Assembly: GCA_032249615.1 (NCBI GenBank)
Contig: JAVVHH010000001.1
Span: forward strand, 1,122-65,121
Source: Acetobacteraceae bacterium
Lineage (GTDB): Bacteria; Pseudomonadota; Alphaproteobacteria; Acetobacterales; Acetobacteraceae
Reading direction: 5' to 3'
Length of the DNA stretch: 64,000 nt
The notes beneath the pieces are model-generated. The model was not told the DNA's origin and ran no database searches. It worked only from the letters and a program-made list of their open reading frames with translations. The position numbers were made by a program, and so were the translations under genes. The stretch's first letter is position 1. The number at the start of each line of letters is the position of its first letter. This document shows, piece after piece, positions 43,575 through 52,449 of the stretch.

Positions 43575-44717
43575 TCAGTGCAGCCGGTCCCAGCCGGCGC
43601 CACTGAGGTAGCCGACGCGGCCGGCGGCGAAAGTGGCGACCACCCGGGGACCGGCCGGGTCGACGAGCACGACGTCGGCCCGCTTGCCGTCCTCGATCGT
43701 GCCGCGGTCGTGGAGCCCGGCGGCTGCGGCCGCGTTGGCAGAAACGAGCGCCCAGGCCTGCCCGAGCGACAGCGCCCCGCGATGGCCGAGCGACCAGGCG
43801 GCGGGCAGCATGGCCGGGTAGAAATAGTCGCTGCACAGCACCGTGCAGACGCCTCGCTCGGCAAGCGCGCCGGCCGACGCCCAGCCGAGATGGGAGCCGC
43901 CACGCACGACGTTGGGGCAACCCATGACGACCGCGTCGCCCGAATCCCGCGCGTCCTCCCCCACTGCTTCGGCCATCGGGAACTCGCAGATGCGGGCGCC
44001 GAGGGCCCGGAACCGCTCGCGCACGGCCACGGCGTCGTCGTCGTGGCTGGCCATCGGCAAGCCGTGCCGGCGCGCGGCGGCGGCCAGGCGGGCAGTCGCG
44101 GCGGGAACGTCGGATTGGCCGGCGGCGATCGCCTCCGCAAGCTGGCGGAACTGGGCGACCGGCATGCCGCTGCGCTGGCTGTATTTCGCCGCGCCCGCCG
44201 GCTGCGCCATCTCGCGCAGAACGGAGCCCATGTGGTCGTTGAAGCTGACCAGCCCCACCCGGCCCGCCTCGACATCGGCGAGCGCCACCTCGAGCGCGAG
44301 CAGGTTATAGAGTTCCCACCGCATATGCAGGCGCATGTCGCACACCATGGCCGGGCGGTGCGCCTCCAGCGCCTCGACCATCAGGCGCCAGTTCTCCAGG
44401 CCGCGCAGGCCGGGCTCCCAGGACAGGGTGACGGCGTGCAGGGCCGTGGTGATGCCGTTGGCCAGCAGCTGCGCCTCCGTGTCGCGCAGGGCGAGCGGCA
44501 GCGGGAAGTTCACGCCGGGCCGGGGCTGCATCTGGCGTTCGAACGCGTCGCCATGTAGGTCGACGATGCCGGGCAGCGCGAACAGCCCGCGTGCATCGAA
44601 GTGCCGTCCCGCGCCCGTCCCGCCGAGCCGCAACGTGCCTTGCGCCTCGAGCCGCAACGACGTTTCCGCCACCGTTCCGTCGGCCAGCAGCACCTGGGCG
44701 CCTTGAATGTCGAGCAT
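43575..44717 (-). CDS. PhnM-like amidohydrolase (alpha-D-ribose 1-methylphosphonate 5-triphosphate diphosphatase family)
   Basis: LPGIVDLHGDAFERQ..., SFNDH, ASHDD and VLCSDYFYP motifs. The start at ATG 44717 (MLDIQGAQVLL) is preferred over the track start. Confidence 0.8.
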   Translation of the reverse strand: MLDIQGAQVLLADGTVAETSLRLEAQGTLRLGGTGAGRHFDARGLFALPGIVDLHGDAFERQMQPRPGVNFPLPLALRDTEAQLLANGITTALHAVTLSWEPGLRGLENWRLMVEALEAHRPAMVCDMRLHMRWELYNLLALEVALADVEAGRVGLVSFNDHMGSVLREMAQPAGAAKYSQRSGMPVAQFRQLAEAIAAGQSDVPAATARLAAAARRHGLPMASHDDDAVAVRERFRALGARICEFPMAEAVGEDARDSGDAVVMGCPNVVRGGSHLGWASAGALAERGVCTVLCSDYFYPAMLPAAWSLGHRGALSLGQAWALVSANAAAAAGLHDRGTIEDGKRADVVLVDPAGPRVVATFAAGRVGYLSGAGWDRLH

Positions 44718-44830
44718 GGCCCGTTCTAGCCAGGCGCGGGGCGCCGGACCAGAGTGCGAGCTGCCGTGCAACGGAATTCGGGATTGCTCGTTTCGATCGT
44801 CACAGATCGACCAACCCGAAGGAGCGCTCC

Positions 44831-45295
44831 ATGATTTCGACCCGCCGGACGTTGCTGCCCGCCCTCGCCAGCGTCCTGATGCTCAGCGCGGCAGTGGTCT
44901 CCCGCGCGAACGCCGCCCCCGATCCGGCGGCGCCCGGCCCCGTCACCGCTACGCTCACCCTCAGCGCGCAAGGTGCCGCGGCAGGCGTCGGCTACACCTG
45001 GGGCGACGGCATCCTGATGTTCCACGGCAAGAAATACCGCTTTTCGGTCAACGGCGTGTCGATCGCCGATGTCGGCTACTCCAAGGTGACCGGCCACGGG
45101 CGGGTCTACCACTTGAAGAACGTTCAGGATTTCAGCGGGACCTACGCGGCGACGACCGGGCAGGCCACGGTCGGTAATGGGCTCGGCGGCCAGCTGCTGC
45201 AGAATGCGAACGGCGTGCAGATCCGCATCGACCAGATGACCCGCGGCGCCCGTCTGGAAGGCTCGGTCGGCGGGATCACGCTCACGCTGAAATAA
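44831..45295 (+). CDS. Secreted hypothetical protein
   Basis: 154 aa (the end of track ORF 44591..45295) with signal peptide MISTRRTLLPALASVLMLSAAVVSRANA. The mature part is Gly-rich and beta-type. Confidence 0.75.
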   Translation: MISTRRTLLPALASVLMLSAAVVSRANAAPDPAAPGPVTATLTLSAQGAAAGVGYTWGDGILMFHGKKYRFSVNGVSIADVGYSKVTGHGRVYHLKNVQDFSGTYAATTGQATVGNGLGGQLLQNANGVQIRIDQMTRGARLEGSVGGITLTLK

Positions 45296-45363
45296 GCGCG
45301 CCACAAGCCGTCGGATCGTCCGGCGGCTTGTGCGACTCCGGCGGGGTGCCCTCATATGGGGCG

Positions 45364-45813
45364 ATGCCTCTGCGCGCTCGACCTGCTGCGACGTCCGTCC
45401 ACCTGATGAAGCTCGCGGTGGGGGTGAGCTCGATCGAGGCCTTCGAGGAGCGGGTGGCCACGCATCGCGCCTCCGGCAGCGGCATGCAGGTCTGGACCCG
45501 CAACTTCCCGAAGCGGGCCGAGCAGGTGATCGGCGAGGGATCGCTCTACTGGGTCGTCGCCGGGCTGCTCTCGGTCCGCATGCCGGTGCTGGGCATCGCG
45601 GAAGATACCTACGACGACGGGTCGCGTTGCGCGCGGATCGAGTTGGAGCCAACCCTGATCCGGGTCACGCCGGTACGCATGCGTCCCTTCCAGGGCTGGC
45701 GGTATCTCGACCCGGCAGCCGCGCCCGCCGATCTGCGGCAGGTAGGTGCAAGCGGGATCGACGCGCTGCCGCCGCAGGTGCTGCGCGAATTGCGGGACCT
45801 CTGCCTGGTATAA
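45364..45813 (+). CDS. DUF1489-family protein
   Basis: HLMKLAVGVSSIEAFEE...GSLYWVVAGLL...RPFQGWRYLDPAAAPADL matches my recollection of DUF1489. The start is either ATG 45364 or ATG 45406. Confidence 0.75.
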   Translation: MPLRARPAATSVHLMKLAVGVSSIEAFEERVATHRASGSGMQVWTRNFPKRAEQVIGEGSLYWVVAGLLSVRMPVLGIAEDTYDDGSRCARIELEPTLIRVTPVRMRPFQGWRYLDPAAAPADLRQVGASGIDALPPQVLRELRDLCLV

Positions 45814-45814
45814 C

Positions 45815-46507
45815 TTAAAGCCGGATGATTTCGCCGTGCCGGGTCTCCGCCTCGCCGCACAGCGCGGCGATCGACGGCGCGACATCGGCTGGTTTCGGCA
45901 GGGTCTCGGGGTCCTCGCCGGGGAACGCCTCGGTCCTGAGGCGGCTCGCCACGGCGCCGGGATCGACCAGGTTGACGCGCAACGCCGTCGTGGCGACCTC
46001 TTGCGCCCAGGTGAGCACGAGGTGGTCGAGCGCGGCCTTGGTGGCGCCGTATGCGCCCCAGTAGGCGCGCGGCTCGGCGGCGCGTTGCGTCGTCAGAAAC
46101 AGGGCGCGGCCGGCGGGCGCGACCTGCAGCACCGGTGCGCAACTGCGGATGAGCCGCCACGCTGCTGCGAGGTTCACGCCGACGACGGCGTTCCAGTCCG
46201 CCGGGAGGATGTGAGGCACCGGGGTCAACCGCCCAAGCGCGCCCGCGCTGTGGACCAGCACGTCGAGCCGGCCGAACCGATCGAACACGCTCGGCCCGAT
46301 CATGTCGACGCCGGCCCCATCCAGCAGGTCGAGCGGCAGCAGCGTCGCACTGCCGCCCTCGGCCCTGATCGCGTCGTCGACGTCGGCGAGGCCGCCTTCC
46401 GTGCGCGCGGTGAGAACCACGTGCATCCCGGCCCGCGCGAGTTCGAGCGCGACGGCCGCCCCGATGCCGCGGCTGGCACCGGTGACGAGAGCGACTTTCT
46501 GGTCCAT
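45815..46507 (-). CDS. SDR-family oxidoreductase
   Basis: 230 aa; VALVTGASRGIGAAVA (TGxxxGxG) with a YxxxK context (YGATKAAL). Confidence 0.9.
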   Translation of the reverse strand: MDQKVALVTGASRGIGAAVALELARAGMHVVLTARTEGGLADVDDAIRAEGGSATLLPLDLLDGAGVDMIGPSVFDRFGRLDVLVHSAGALGRLTPVPHILPADWNAVVGVNLAAAWRLIRSCAPVLQVAPAGRALFLTTQRAAEPRAYWGAYGATKAALDHLVLTWAQEVATTALRVNLVDPGAVASRLRTEAFPGEDPETLPKPADVAPSIAALCGEAETRHGEIIRL

Positions 46508-47985
46508 CAGCTTTCGGTCAGCAGGCTGAGTTGCTTGTCGGCATTGTCCTGCATGTCCGTCAGCTGGATCGGGTAGTTGCCTGTGAAGCAGGCGTCGCAG
46601 AAGTGCGGGCGCGCCGGGTCGCGCGTGGCCTGCCCGAGCGCGCGATAGAGGCCGTCAAGCGAGATGAAGGCCAGGCTGTCGGCACCGATGATGCTGGCCA
46701 TCTCGTCAACCGTGTGCCGCGCGGCCAGCAGCTTGCCGCGTTCCGGCGTGTCGATACCGTAGAAGCAGGAATGAGTGGTCGGCGGGGAGGAAATTCGCAT
46801 GTGCACCTCGGCGGCCCCCGCGGCGCGCACCATCTCGACGATCTTCCGGCTGGTCGTGCCGCGGACGATGCTGTCGTCGACCAGGATGACCCGCTTGCCG
46901 GCGAGCACCGCGTGGTTGGCCGAGTGCTTCAGCTTCACGCCGAGATTGCGGATGTTGTCGGTCGGCTCGATGAAAGTCCGCCCGACATAGTGGTTGCGGA
47001 TGATGCCGAGTTCGAACGGCACTCCGCTCTGGGTGCTGTAGCCCATCGCGGACGGCACGCCGCTATCCGGGACCGGCACCACGACATCTGCCTCGACGCT
47101 GCTTTCGCGGGCAAGTTCCGCGCCGATCCGCTTGCGCGCCTCGTACACCGGCATGGCCTCCATGCGGGAGTCCGGCCGGGCGAAGTAGATGTATTCAAAC
47201 ACGCAGAAGCGGCTCTTGGTGGCGCCGAAGGGCTTGATGCTGCGGACGCCCTGGTCGTTGATGACGACGATCTCGCCGGGCTCCACGTCGCGCACGAAAT
47301 GGGCGCCGACGATGTCGAGCGCGCAGGTTTCGCTCGCCAGCACCCAGCCCCCGGTGCCCTCCCGGCCGATGCGGCCCAGGATCAACGGGCGCACCCCGAG
47401 CGGATCGCGTACGCCCATCAGCGCCTCGTTCGACATCGCCACGAGCGAGTAGGCGCCGACCACTTGCTTGAGGGCATCGATCAGGCGGTCGACCACGGTG
47501 GAGTAGAGCGAGATGGCGATGAGGTGGACGAACACCTCGCTATCCGTCGTGCTCTGGAACAGGCAGCCGCGGCGGACGAGTTGGCGATGCAGGTGGTGGG
47601 CGTTGGTCAGGTTGCCGTTATGCGCCACGGCGAAGCCGCCGAACTCGAAATCGGCGTAGAGCGGCTGGACGTTGCGCAGCACGGTGTCGCCGGTGGTGGC
47701 GTAGCGATTGTGGCCCACGGCTGACGGCCCCGGGAGCCCGGCGATGATCTTGGCCTCGCTAAAGTTGTCACCCACCAGGCCGAGGCCGCGGTGGCTGTGG
47801 AAGCGCCGGCCGTCATAGGAGACGATGCCGGTGGCTTCCTGCCCGCGATGTTGCAGCGCGTGGAGCCCGAGCGCGGTGACGGCGGCCGCGTCGCTCACGC
47901 CCCAGACGCCGAACACTCCGCACTCCTCGTGCAGCTTGTCGTCGTCGCCGGCTTGCTCGTTCCAACCGTCCACGCTGTGCGACAC
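46507..47985 (-). CDS. purF: Amidophosphoribosyltransferase
   Basis: ...DDDKLHEECGVFGVWG...LQHRGQEATGI... with a PRTase motif (VILVDDSIVRGTT). The GTG at 47985 is preceded by AGGAGA, just after the cvpA stop. Confidence 0.93.
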   Translation of the reverse strand: MSHSVDGWNEQAGDDDKLHEECGVFGVWGVSDAAAVTALGLHALQHRGQEATGIVSYDGRRFHSHRGLGLVGDNFSEAKIIAGLPGPSAVGHNRYATTGDTVLRNVQPLYADFEFGGFAVAHNGNLTNAHHLHRQLVRRGCLFQSTTDSEVFVHLIAISLYSTVVDRLIDALKQVVGAYSLVAMSNEALMGVRDPLGVRPLILGRIGREGTGGWVLASETCALDIVGAHFVRDVEPGEIVVINDQGVRSIKPFGATKSRFCVFEYIYFARPDSRMEAMPVYEARKRIGAELARESSVEADVVVPVPDSGVPSAMGYSTQSGVPFELGIIRNHYVGRTFIEPTDNIRNLGVKLKHSANHAVLAGKRVILVDDSIVRGTTSRKIVEMVRAAGAAEVHMRISSPPTTHSCFYGIDTPERGKLLAARHTVDEMASIIGADSLAFISLDGLYRALGQATRDPARPHFCDACFTGNYPIQLTDMQDNADKQLSLLTES

Positions 47986-47995
47986 GATCGATCTC

Positions 47996-48580
47996 CTAGT
48001 CACGCGTGGGCCGGGCGCCAAGCGCGCGACCCACCGGATTGGCGTGCAGCAGTTCCGCCGAGTTCGTCACCCGCCCTGGGGGCACGGCGACCACGGGCCG
48101 GAACCCCGGCGGCATTTGGTCGGACGCCCAGGCCGCGCCGCGATACACGAACGGCAAGGAGCGGGCATCCAAAACGGGGGCAGGCCATTGATTCATGGGA
48201 ACCGCAAGCCCAGCCAAGATATAGGCAACGCAAACCAGCGCCGCACCCCGCAGCAAGCCGAATACCAGACCCAACGTCCGGTCGAGGCTTCCGAGCGCGG
48301 AACCCCGGACGGCGCTGGCGATCGCACCCGCCAGTAGCGACAGCAGAATGAGCACGATCACGAACACACCGACGAAGGCGAGCGTATCGGCCAGCGCGGT
48401 GTCGCGGACCTGCATACGGGCCCAGGGCTGCACGAGCGGGAACACGCCCAGCGGGCTCGCCACATAGGCTGCAATGGCCCAGGCGCCGAGGCCGAGTGCC
48501 TCCCGCACCAAGCCACGCGCAAAAGCGAGCAAGCCCGAGATCAGGATCACCCCAAGGACGACGAGGTCCACCCAGTTCAT
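47996..48580 (-). CDS. cvpA: CvpA-family membrane protein
   Basis: 194 aa; MNWVDLVVLGVILISGLLAFARGLVRE, in the classic cvpA-purF arrangement. Confidence 0.88.
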   Translation of the reverse strand: MNWVDLVVLGVILISGLLAFARGLVREALGLGAWAIAAYVASPLGVFPLVQPWARMQVRDTALADTLAFVGVFVIVLILLSLLAGAIASAVRGSALGSLDRTLGLVFGLLRGAALVCVAYILAGLAVPMNQWPAPVLDARSLPFVYRGAAWASDQMPPGFRPVVAVPPGRVTNSAELLHANPVGRALGARPTRD

Positions 48581-48633
48581 CGAACTGCCATGATGTTCGC
48601 CGCCGATATACGCGGCGCGCCCCCGCCGGGCAA

Positions 48634-50013
48634 TTAGCGCGGACCCGTCCGGCCCGAGAAAGCGCCCACCAAATCGGTGAGGTGGCCGATTTCGTCGACG
48701 GTCAGACCCTCCGGCGCGACCAGCTTGCGTCCGCCGAGCCGCCGCGGCAGGCAGGCCCGGGTGAAGCCGAGTTTTTGCGCTTCTTTCAACCGCGCCTCCG
48801 CCTGGGCAACCTGCCGCACCTCGCCGGACAGCCCGACCTCGCCGAAATACACCAGGCCGGCGCTCGTCGGCGTTTCGGTCGCGGCCGAGGTCAGCGCCGC
48901 GGCCACCGCGAGATCGGCGGCCGGCTCATTGATGCGCAGGCCGCCCGCCACGTTCAGATACACGTCCGAATTCGACAGCCGCAGCCCGGCCCGCGCATCG
49001 AGCACGGCCAGCAGCATCCCGAGCCGCCCGCCATCCCAGCCGACCACCGAGCGGCGCGGCGAGCCGCCGGCATTCGGCGCGAGCAGGGCCTGCACCTCGA
49101 CCAACACCGGCCGCGTGCCCTCGAGCCCGGCGAAAACGGCGGAGCCCGCGATGTTGCCGCGCCGCTCCGCGAGAAACAGCGCCGACGGGTTGGCCACTTC
49201 CGCCAGCCCGCCCTCCGTCATCTCGAACACGCCGATCTCGTCGGTGGCGCCGAACCGGTTCTTGACGGCGCGGAGGATGCGGAACTGGTGCCCGCGGTCG
49301 CCTTCGAAATACAGGACCGCATCGACCATGTGTTCCAGCACCCGCGGCCCGGCAATCGCGCCTTCTTTGGTGACGTGTCCCACCAGCACGAGGGCGAAGC
49401 CGCGCGACTTGGCCAGCCGGATCAACTCGAAGCCGGAGGCGCGCACTTGGCTCACGCTGCCGGGCGCACTTTCCACCGTGTCGAGCCACATGGTCTGAAT
49501 GGAATCGATGACGACCAGGCCGAGGTCGCGCTCGGCCTCGAGCGTGGCGGCGATGTCGCGCACGTTGATGGCGGCCGCAAGTTCGAGCGGCGCGTCGGCC
49601 AGGCCGAGGCGGCGCGCCCGGAGCCGGACCTGGTCGACCGACTCTTCGCCCGACACGTAGCGCACCCGCTTGCCGGCGCGTGCTAGTGTGGCGGCGGCCT
49701 GGAGCATGAGGGTGGATTTGCCGATGCCTGGATCGCCGCCGACGAGCACGACCGAGGCTGGTACGAAGCCGCCGCCCAGCACGCGGTCGAGCTCTGCGAT
49801 GCCGGCCGGCTCGCGCGACGGCGGTGCGGCGCCGCCTTCGAGCCCGACGAAGGAGACCCGCTTGCCGCCCGCCTTGACCGGCGCGCCCGGCCGGCTCTCA
49901 ACCGCCTCTTCGACGAGCGTGTTCCACTCCCCGCACGCATCGCAGCGCCCAGCCCACTTCGGATACGCGGCACCACAATTCTGGCATACGTAACGAGCAG
50001 TGGGCTTAGCCAC
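48634..50013 (-). CDS. radA: DNA repair protein RadA (Sms)
   Basis: 459 aa. It has a zinc ribbon (YVCQNCGAAYPKWAGRCDACGEWNT), Walker A (GGDPGIGKST), KNRFG, and a Lon-like C-terminal domain. GTG start. Confidence 0.95.
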   Translation of the reverse strand: MAKPTARYVCQNCGAAYPKWAGRCDACGEWNTLVEEAVESRPGAPVKAGGKRVSFVGLEGGAAPPSREPAGIAELDRVLGGGFVPASVVLVGGDPGIGKSTLMLQAAATLARAGKRVRYVSGEESVDQVRLRARRLGLADAPLELAAAINVRDIAATLEAERDLGLVVIDSIQTMWLDTVESAPGSVSQVRASGFELIRLAKSRGFALVLVGHVTKEGAIAGPRVLEHMVDAVLYFEGDRGHQFRILRAVKNRFGATDEIGVFEMTEGGLAEVANPSALFLAERRGNIAGSAVFAGLEGTRPVLVEVQALLAPNAGGSPRRSVVGWDGGRLGMLLAVLDARAGLRLSNSDVYLNVAGGLRINEPAADLAVAAALTSAATETPTSAGLVYFGEVGLSGEVRQVAQAEARLKEAQKLGFTRACLPRRLGGRKLVAPEGLTVDEIGHLTDLVGAFSGRTGPR

Positions 50014-50509
50014 GGCGCCCCCACCGATCGGAGAGCAGGGCCGCTAGCAAGAACGCACGCGCTTCGTCGGTACCCGCAATGGCGGCAAAGGCCAATGCGG
50101 CGCGCCGGGCTGACAGCACGCGCCCTGACATGAACTCGAGGCTGATCGTCTCACTCAGGTCGTAATCGGAAGCGATCCGCGCCGCTTGGAGCTCGATGAC
50201 CGTCGAGGCCACGAGCCGGATTTCGTCCGACGGCTTCGCAGGGAATAGCCGATCCCACGGCGGATCGAAGCGCTCCCTCCAGACCCGCTCGCTCACCGTC
50301 CGGAGGAGGGCATGGTTGAAGCTGCGTGAGATCTGCGCGCGTTGTGCGTCGGGCCCGCAGGTCAGTAACGCCGCGCCTGCCTCCGTCAGGGTATGAAACA
50401 GGCCGTAATAAGCCGTCGACACCGCCCGTCGGCGTGCGGCCTCGGAAGGCGGCGGCGCCGTCCCGGCGAGGCGTTCCGCCTCATCGAGAAATTCGTGCGC
50501 CTTGATCAC
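50006..50509 (-). CDS. Hypothetical all-helical protein, weakly HEPN-like
   Basis: 167 aa; ...EAARRRAVSTAYYGLFHTLTEAG... and ...LQAARIASDYD... (R-x4-Y where HEPN families have R-x4-6-H). Its stop overlaps the radA GTG (GTGGCTAA), and its start overlaps the upstream 103-aa gene. Confidence 0.6.
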   Translation of the reverse strand: MIKAHEFLDEAERLAGTAPPPSEAARRRAVSTAYYGLFHTLTEAGAALLTCGPDAQRAQISRSFNHALLRTVSERVWRERFDPPWDRLFPAKPSDEIRLVASTVIELQAARIASDYDLSETISLEFMSGRVLSARRAALAFAAIAGTDEARAFLLAALLSDRWGRRG

Positions 50510-50817
50510 CCGGCGCTCGGATCAGCCCGCACGATTTTGGAGTAAGGAAGTCGGTCCTCGAAGGCGTGCAACAGTTCCGTCAGGATGACGTGGTCGATCT
50601 GCCCGTAGGCCTCGGCCCGACGTAGGATCTCATCTTGACCGGGCGCTCCGTCGAACGGCGCGGCGGAATAGACGACGTAGAGCGCAGGCTCACCTTCCAT
50701 CTCCCCGAGCTCGATCTCGAAACCCGTGATGAAGTCCGGCAACTCGTGGCGCGCCACAATCTCGCGCGCCCGGGCAATCTCCTGGGCAGCTCGAACCGGG
50801 GGCCTGACGTCGTTCAT
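50506..50817 (-). CDS. Hypothetical 103-aa protein (first gene of the small cassette)
   Basis: Acidic, with no HTH or nucleotidyltransferase motif visible. It has a 4-nt overlap with the downstream 167-aa gene. Confidence 0.6.
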   Translation of the reverse strand: MNDVRPPVRAAQEIARAREIVARHELPDFITGFEIELGEMEGEPALYVVYSAAPFDGAPGQDEILRRAEAYGQIDHVILTELLHAFEDRLPYSKIVRADPSAG

Positions 50818-50835
50818 GACGTCACCTTAGCACGG

Positions 50836-51612
50836 TCACCGCCGCAGCTGCATCTGGATCGGACCGTCACGGCGCCCGTGGGTGAACTGGTCGACCAGCG
50901 CGTTGCCGCTCGAGAGGACCTCCGCCGCCGGGCCCTCCCAGACAATGCGGCCGCCATACAGCATGGCGGCGCGGTCGCCGATCCGGGTGGCGCTCGCCAT
51001 GTCGTGGGTGATCGCGATCGCCGTGCTGCCGAGCCGCTTGACGCAGTCGACGATCAAACCGTCGATCACCGCGCCCATGATCGGATCGAGGCCCGTGGTT
51101 GGCTCGTCGAAGAACAGGATCTCCGGCTGCGCGGCGATCGCCCGGGCCAGGCCGACGCGCTTCTGCATGCCGCCCGACAGCTCGGACGGCGCCAGGTCGC
51201 CGACGCTCGCGTCGAGCCCCACCTGCGCCAGCACCTCGTCGGCCCGGCGCCGCGCCTCCGCCCGCGCCACCGATCGCCGCGCCAGCAGCCCGAACGCCAC
51301 GTTCTCCCATACGGTCAGGCTGTCGAACAGAGCGGCGGCCTGGAACAGCATGCCGATCCGCGCATTGACCGTCTCGCGTGCGTGCCGGTCCAGCTTCAGT
51401 ACGTCGACCCCGTCGATCTCGATCGACCCGGCGTCGGGCTCGATCAGCCCCAGGATGCAGCGCAGCAGCACCGACTTGCCGCTGCCGGAACCGCCGATCA
51501 CCACCATGGACGTGCCGGCTGCGATGTCGAGGTCGACCCCGTCCAGCACCGCCTTGGTGCCGAAAGCCTTGGCGAGGCCGCGCACCCTGATCTTCGGCAG
51601 CGCCGGGCTCAT
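50836..51612 (-). CDS. mlaF: ABC transporter ATP-binding protein, MlaF-like
   Basis: 258 aa with Walker A (GGSGSGKS), signature LSGGMQKRVGLARA, and Walker B (ILFFDEPT). Confidence 0.9.
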   Translation of the reverse strand: MSPALPKIRVRGLAKAFGTKAVLDGVDLDIAAGTSMVVIGGSGSGKSVLLRCILGLIEPDAGSIEIDGVDVLKLDRHARETVNARIGMLFQAAALFDSLTVWENVAFGLLARRSVARAEARRRADEVLAQVGLDASVGDLAPSELSGGMQKRVGLARAIAAQPEILFFDEPTTGLDPIMGAVIDGLIVDCVKRLGSTAIAITHDMASATRIGDRAAMLYGGRIVWEGPAAEVLSSGNALVDQFTHGRRDGPIQMQLRR

Positions 51613-52397
51613 CGGGCGAAGAAAAGCTCGGTCATCACGTAGTCGAACGCCAGGATCAGGATGCTGGCCGACACGACCGCGCTGGTCGTCGCGGCACCCA
51701 CGCCCTCCGCGCCGCCCTTGCTGTTGTAGCCGTGATAGCAGCCCATCAGCGCGATGATGAAACCGAAAACCCCGGCCTTGGCCAGGCCGACGACGATGTC
51801 GGACGTGGTCAGGATGTCGAACGTGCTCGAGAGGTAGAGGTGCGGGCTGAACCCCAGCTTGACCGTCGCCACGATGAACCCGCCGGCAACCCCGATGATG
51901 TCGGCCACCACGGCCAACAGCGGCAGCGCGAGCACGCCGGCCAGGAGCCGCGGCGTGACGAGATACTTGACCGGGTTGGTCGACAGCGTCGTCAGCGCGT
52001 CGATCTGGTCGGTGACCCGCATGGTGCCCAACTCGGCCGCCATCGCCGCGCCGACCCGGCCGGCCACCAGCAAAGCCGCGAGCACAGGCGCCAGCTCGCG
52101 CACCACGGACAGGGCCACAACGGAGGCGACCGCGCTCTCCGCATTGAAGCGGGAGAAGCCGGTGTAGGATTGCAGCGCGATCACCATCCCGGAGAACACC
52201 GCCGTCAGCGCCACCACGGGCAGGCTGAAATAGGCGAACTCGACGAAGGAGCGCGCGAACATGCGCCCGTAGAAGGGCGGCCGCACCAGGTGGGAGAGTC
52301 CGACGCCGCCAAACAGCGCCGCCGCTCCGGTGCCGCGCACCGCGCCGATCGTCCCGCGTCCGACCGCGGCTACCGCATCCAGAGGAGAGACTCGCAT
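51609..52397 (-). CDS. mlaE: ABC transporter permease, MlaE family
   Basis: 262 aa; ...VRELAPVLAALLVAGRVGAAMAAELGTMRVTDQIDAL... Confidence 0.9.
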   Translation of the reverse strand: MRVSPLDAVAAVGRGTIGAVRGTGAAALFGGVGLSHLVRPPFYGRMFARSFVEFAYFSLPVVALTAVFSGMVIALQSYTGFSRFNAESAVASVVALSVVRELAPVLAALLVAGRVGAAMAAELGTMRVTDQIDALTTLSTNPVKYLVTPRLLAGVLALPLLAVVADIIGVAGGFIVATVKLGFSPHLYLSSTFDILTTSDIVVGLAKAGVFGFIIALMGCYHGYNSKGGAEGVGAATTSAVVSASILILAFDYVMTELFFAR

Positions 52398-52449
52398 CGG
52401 GGCGATGCCCTACAGCGTCGCTCCTGAGACGTCAAAGCGGCGCGCCGGG

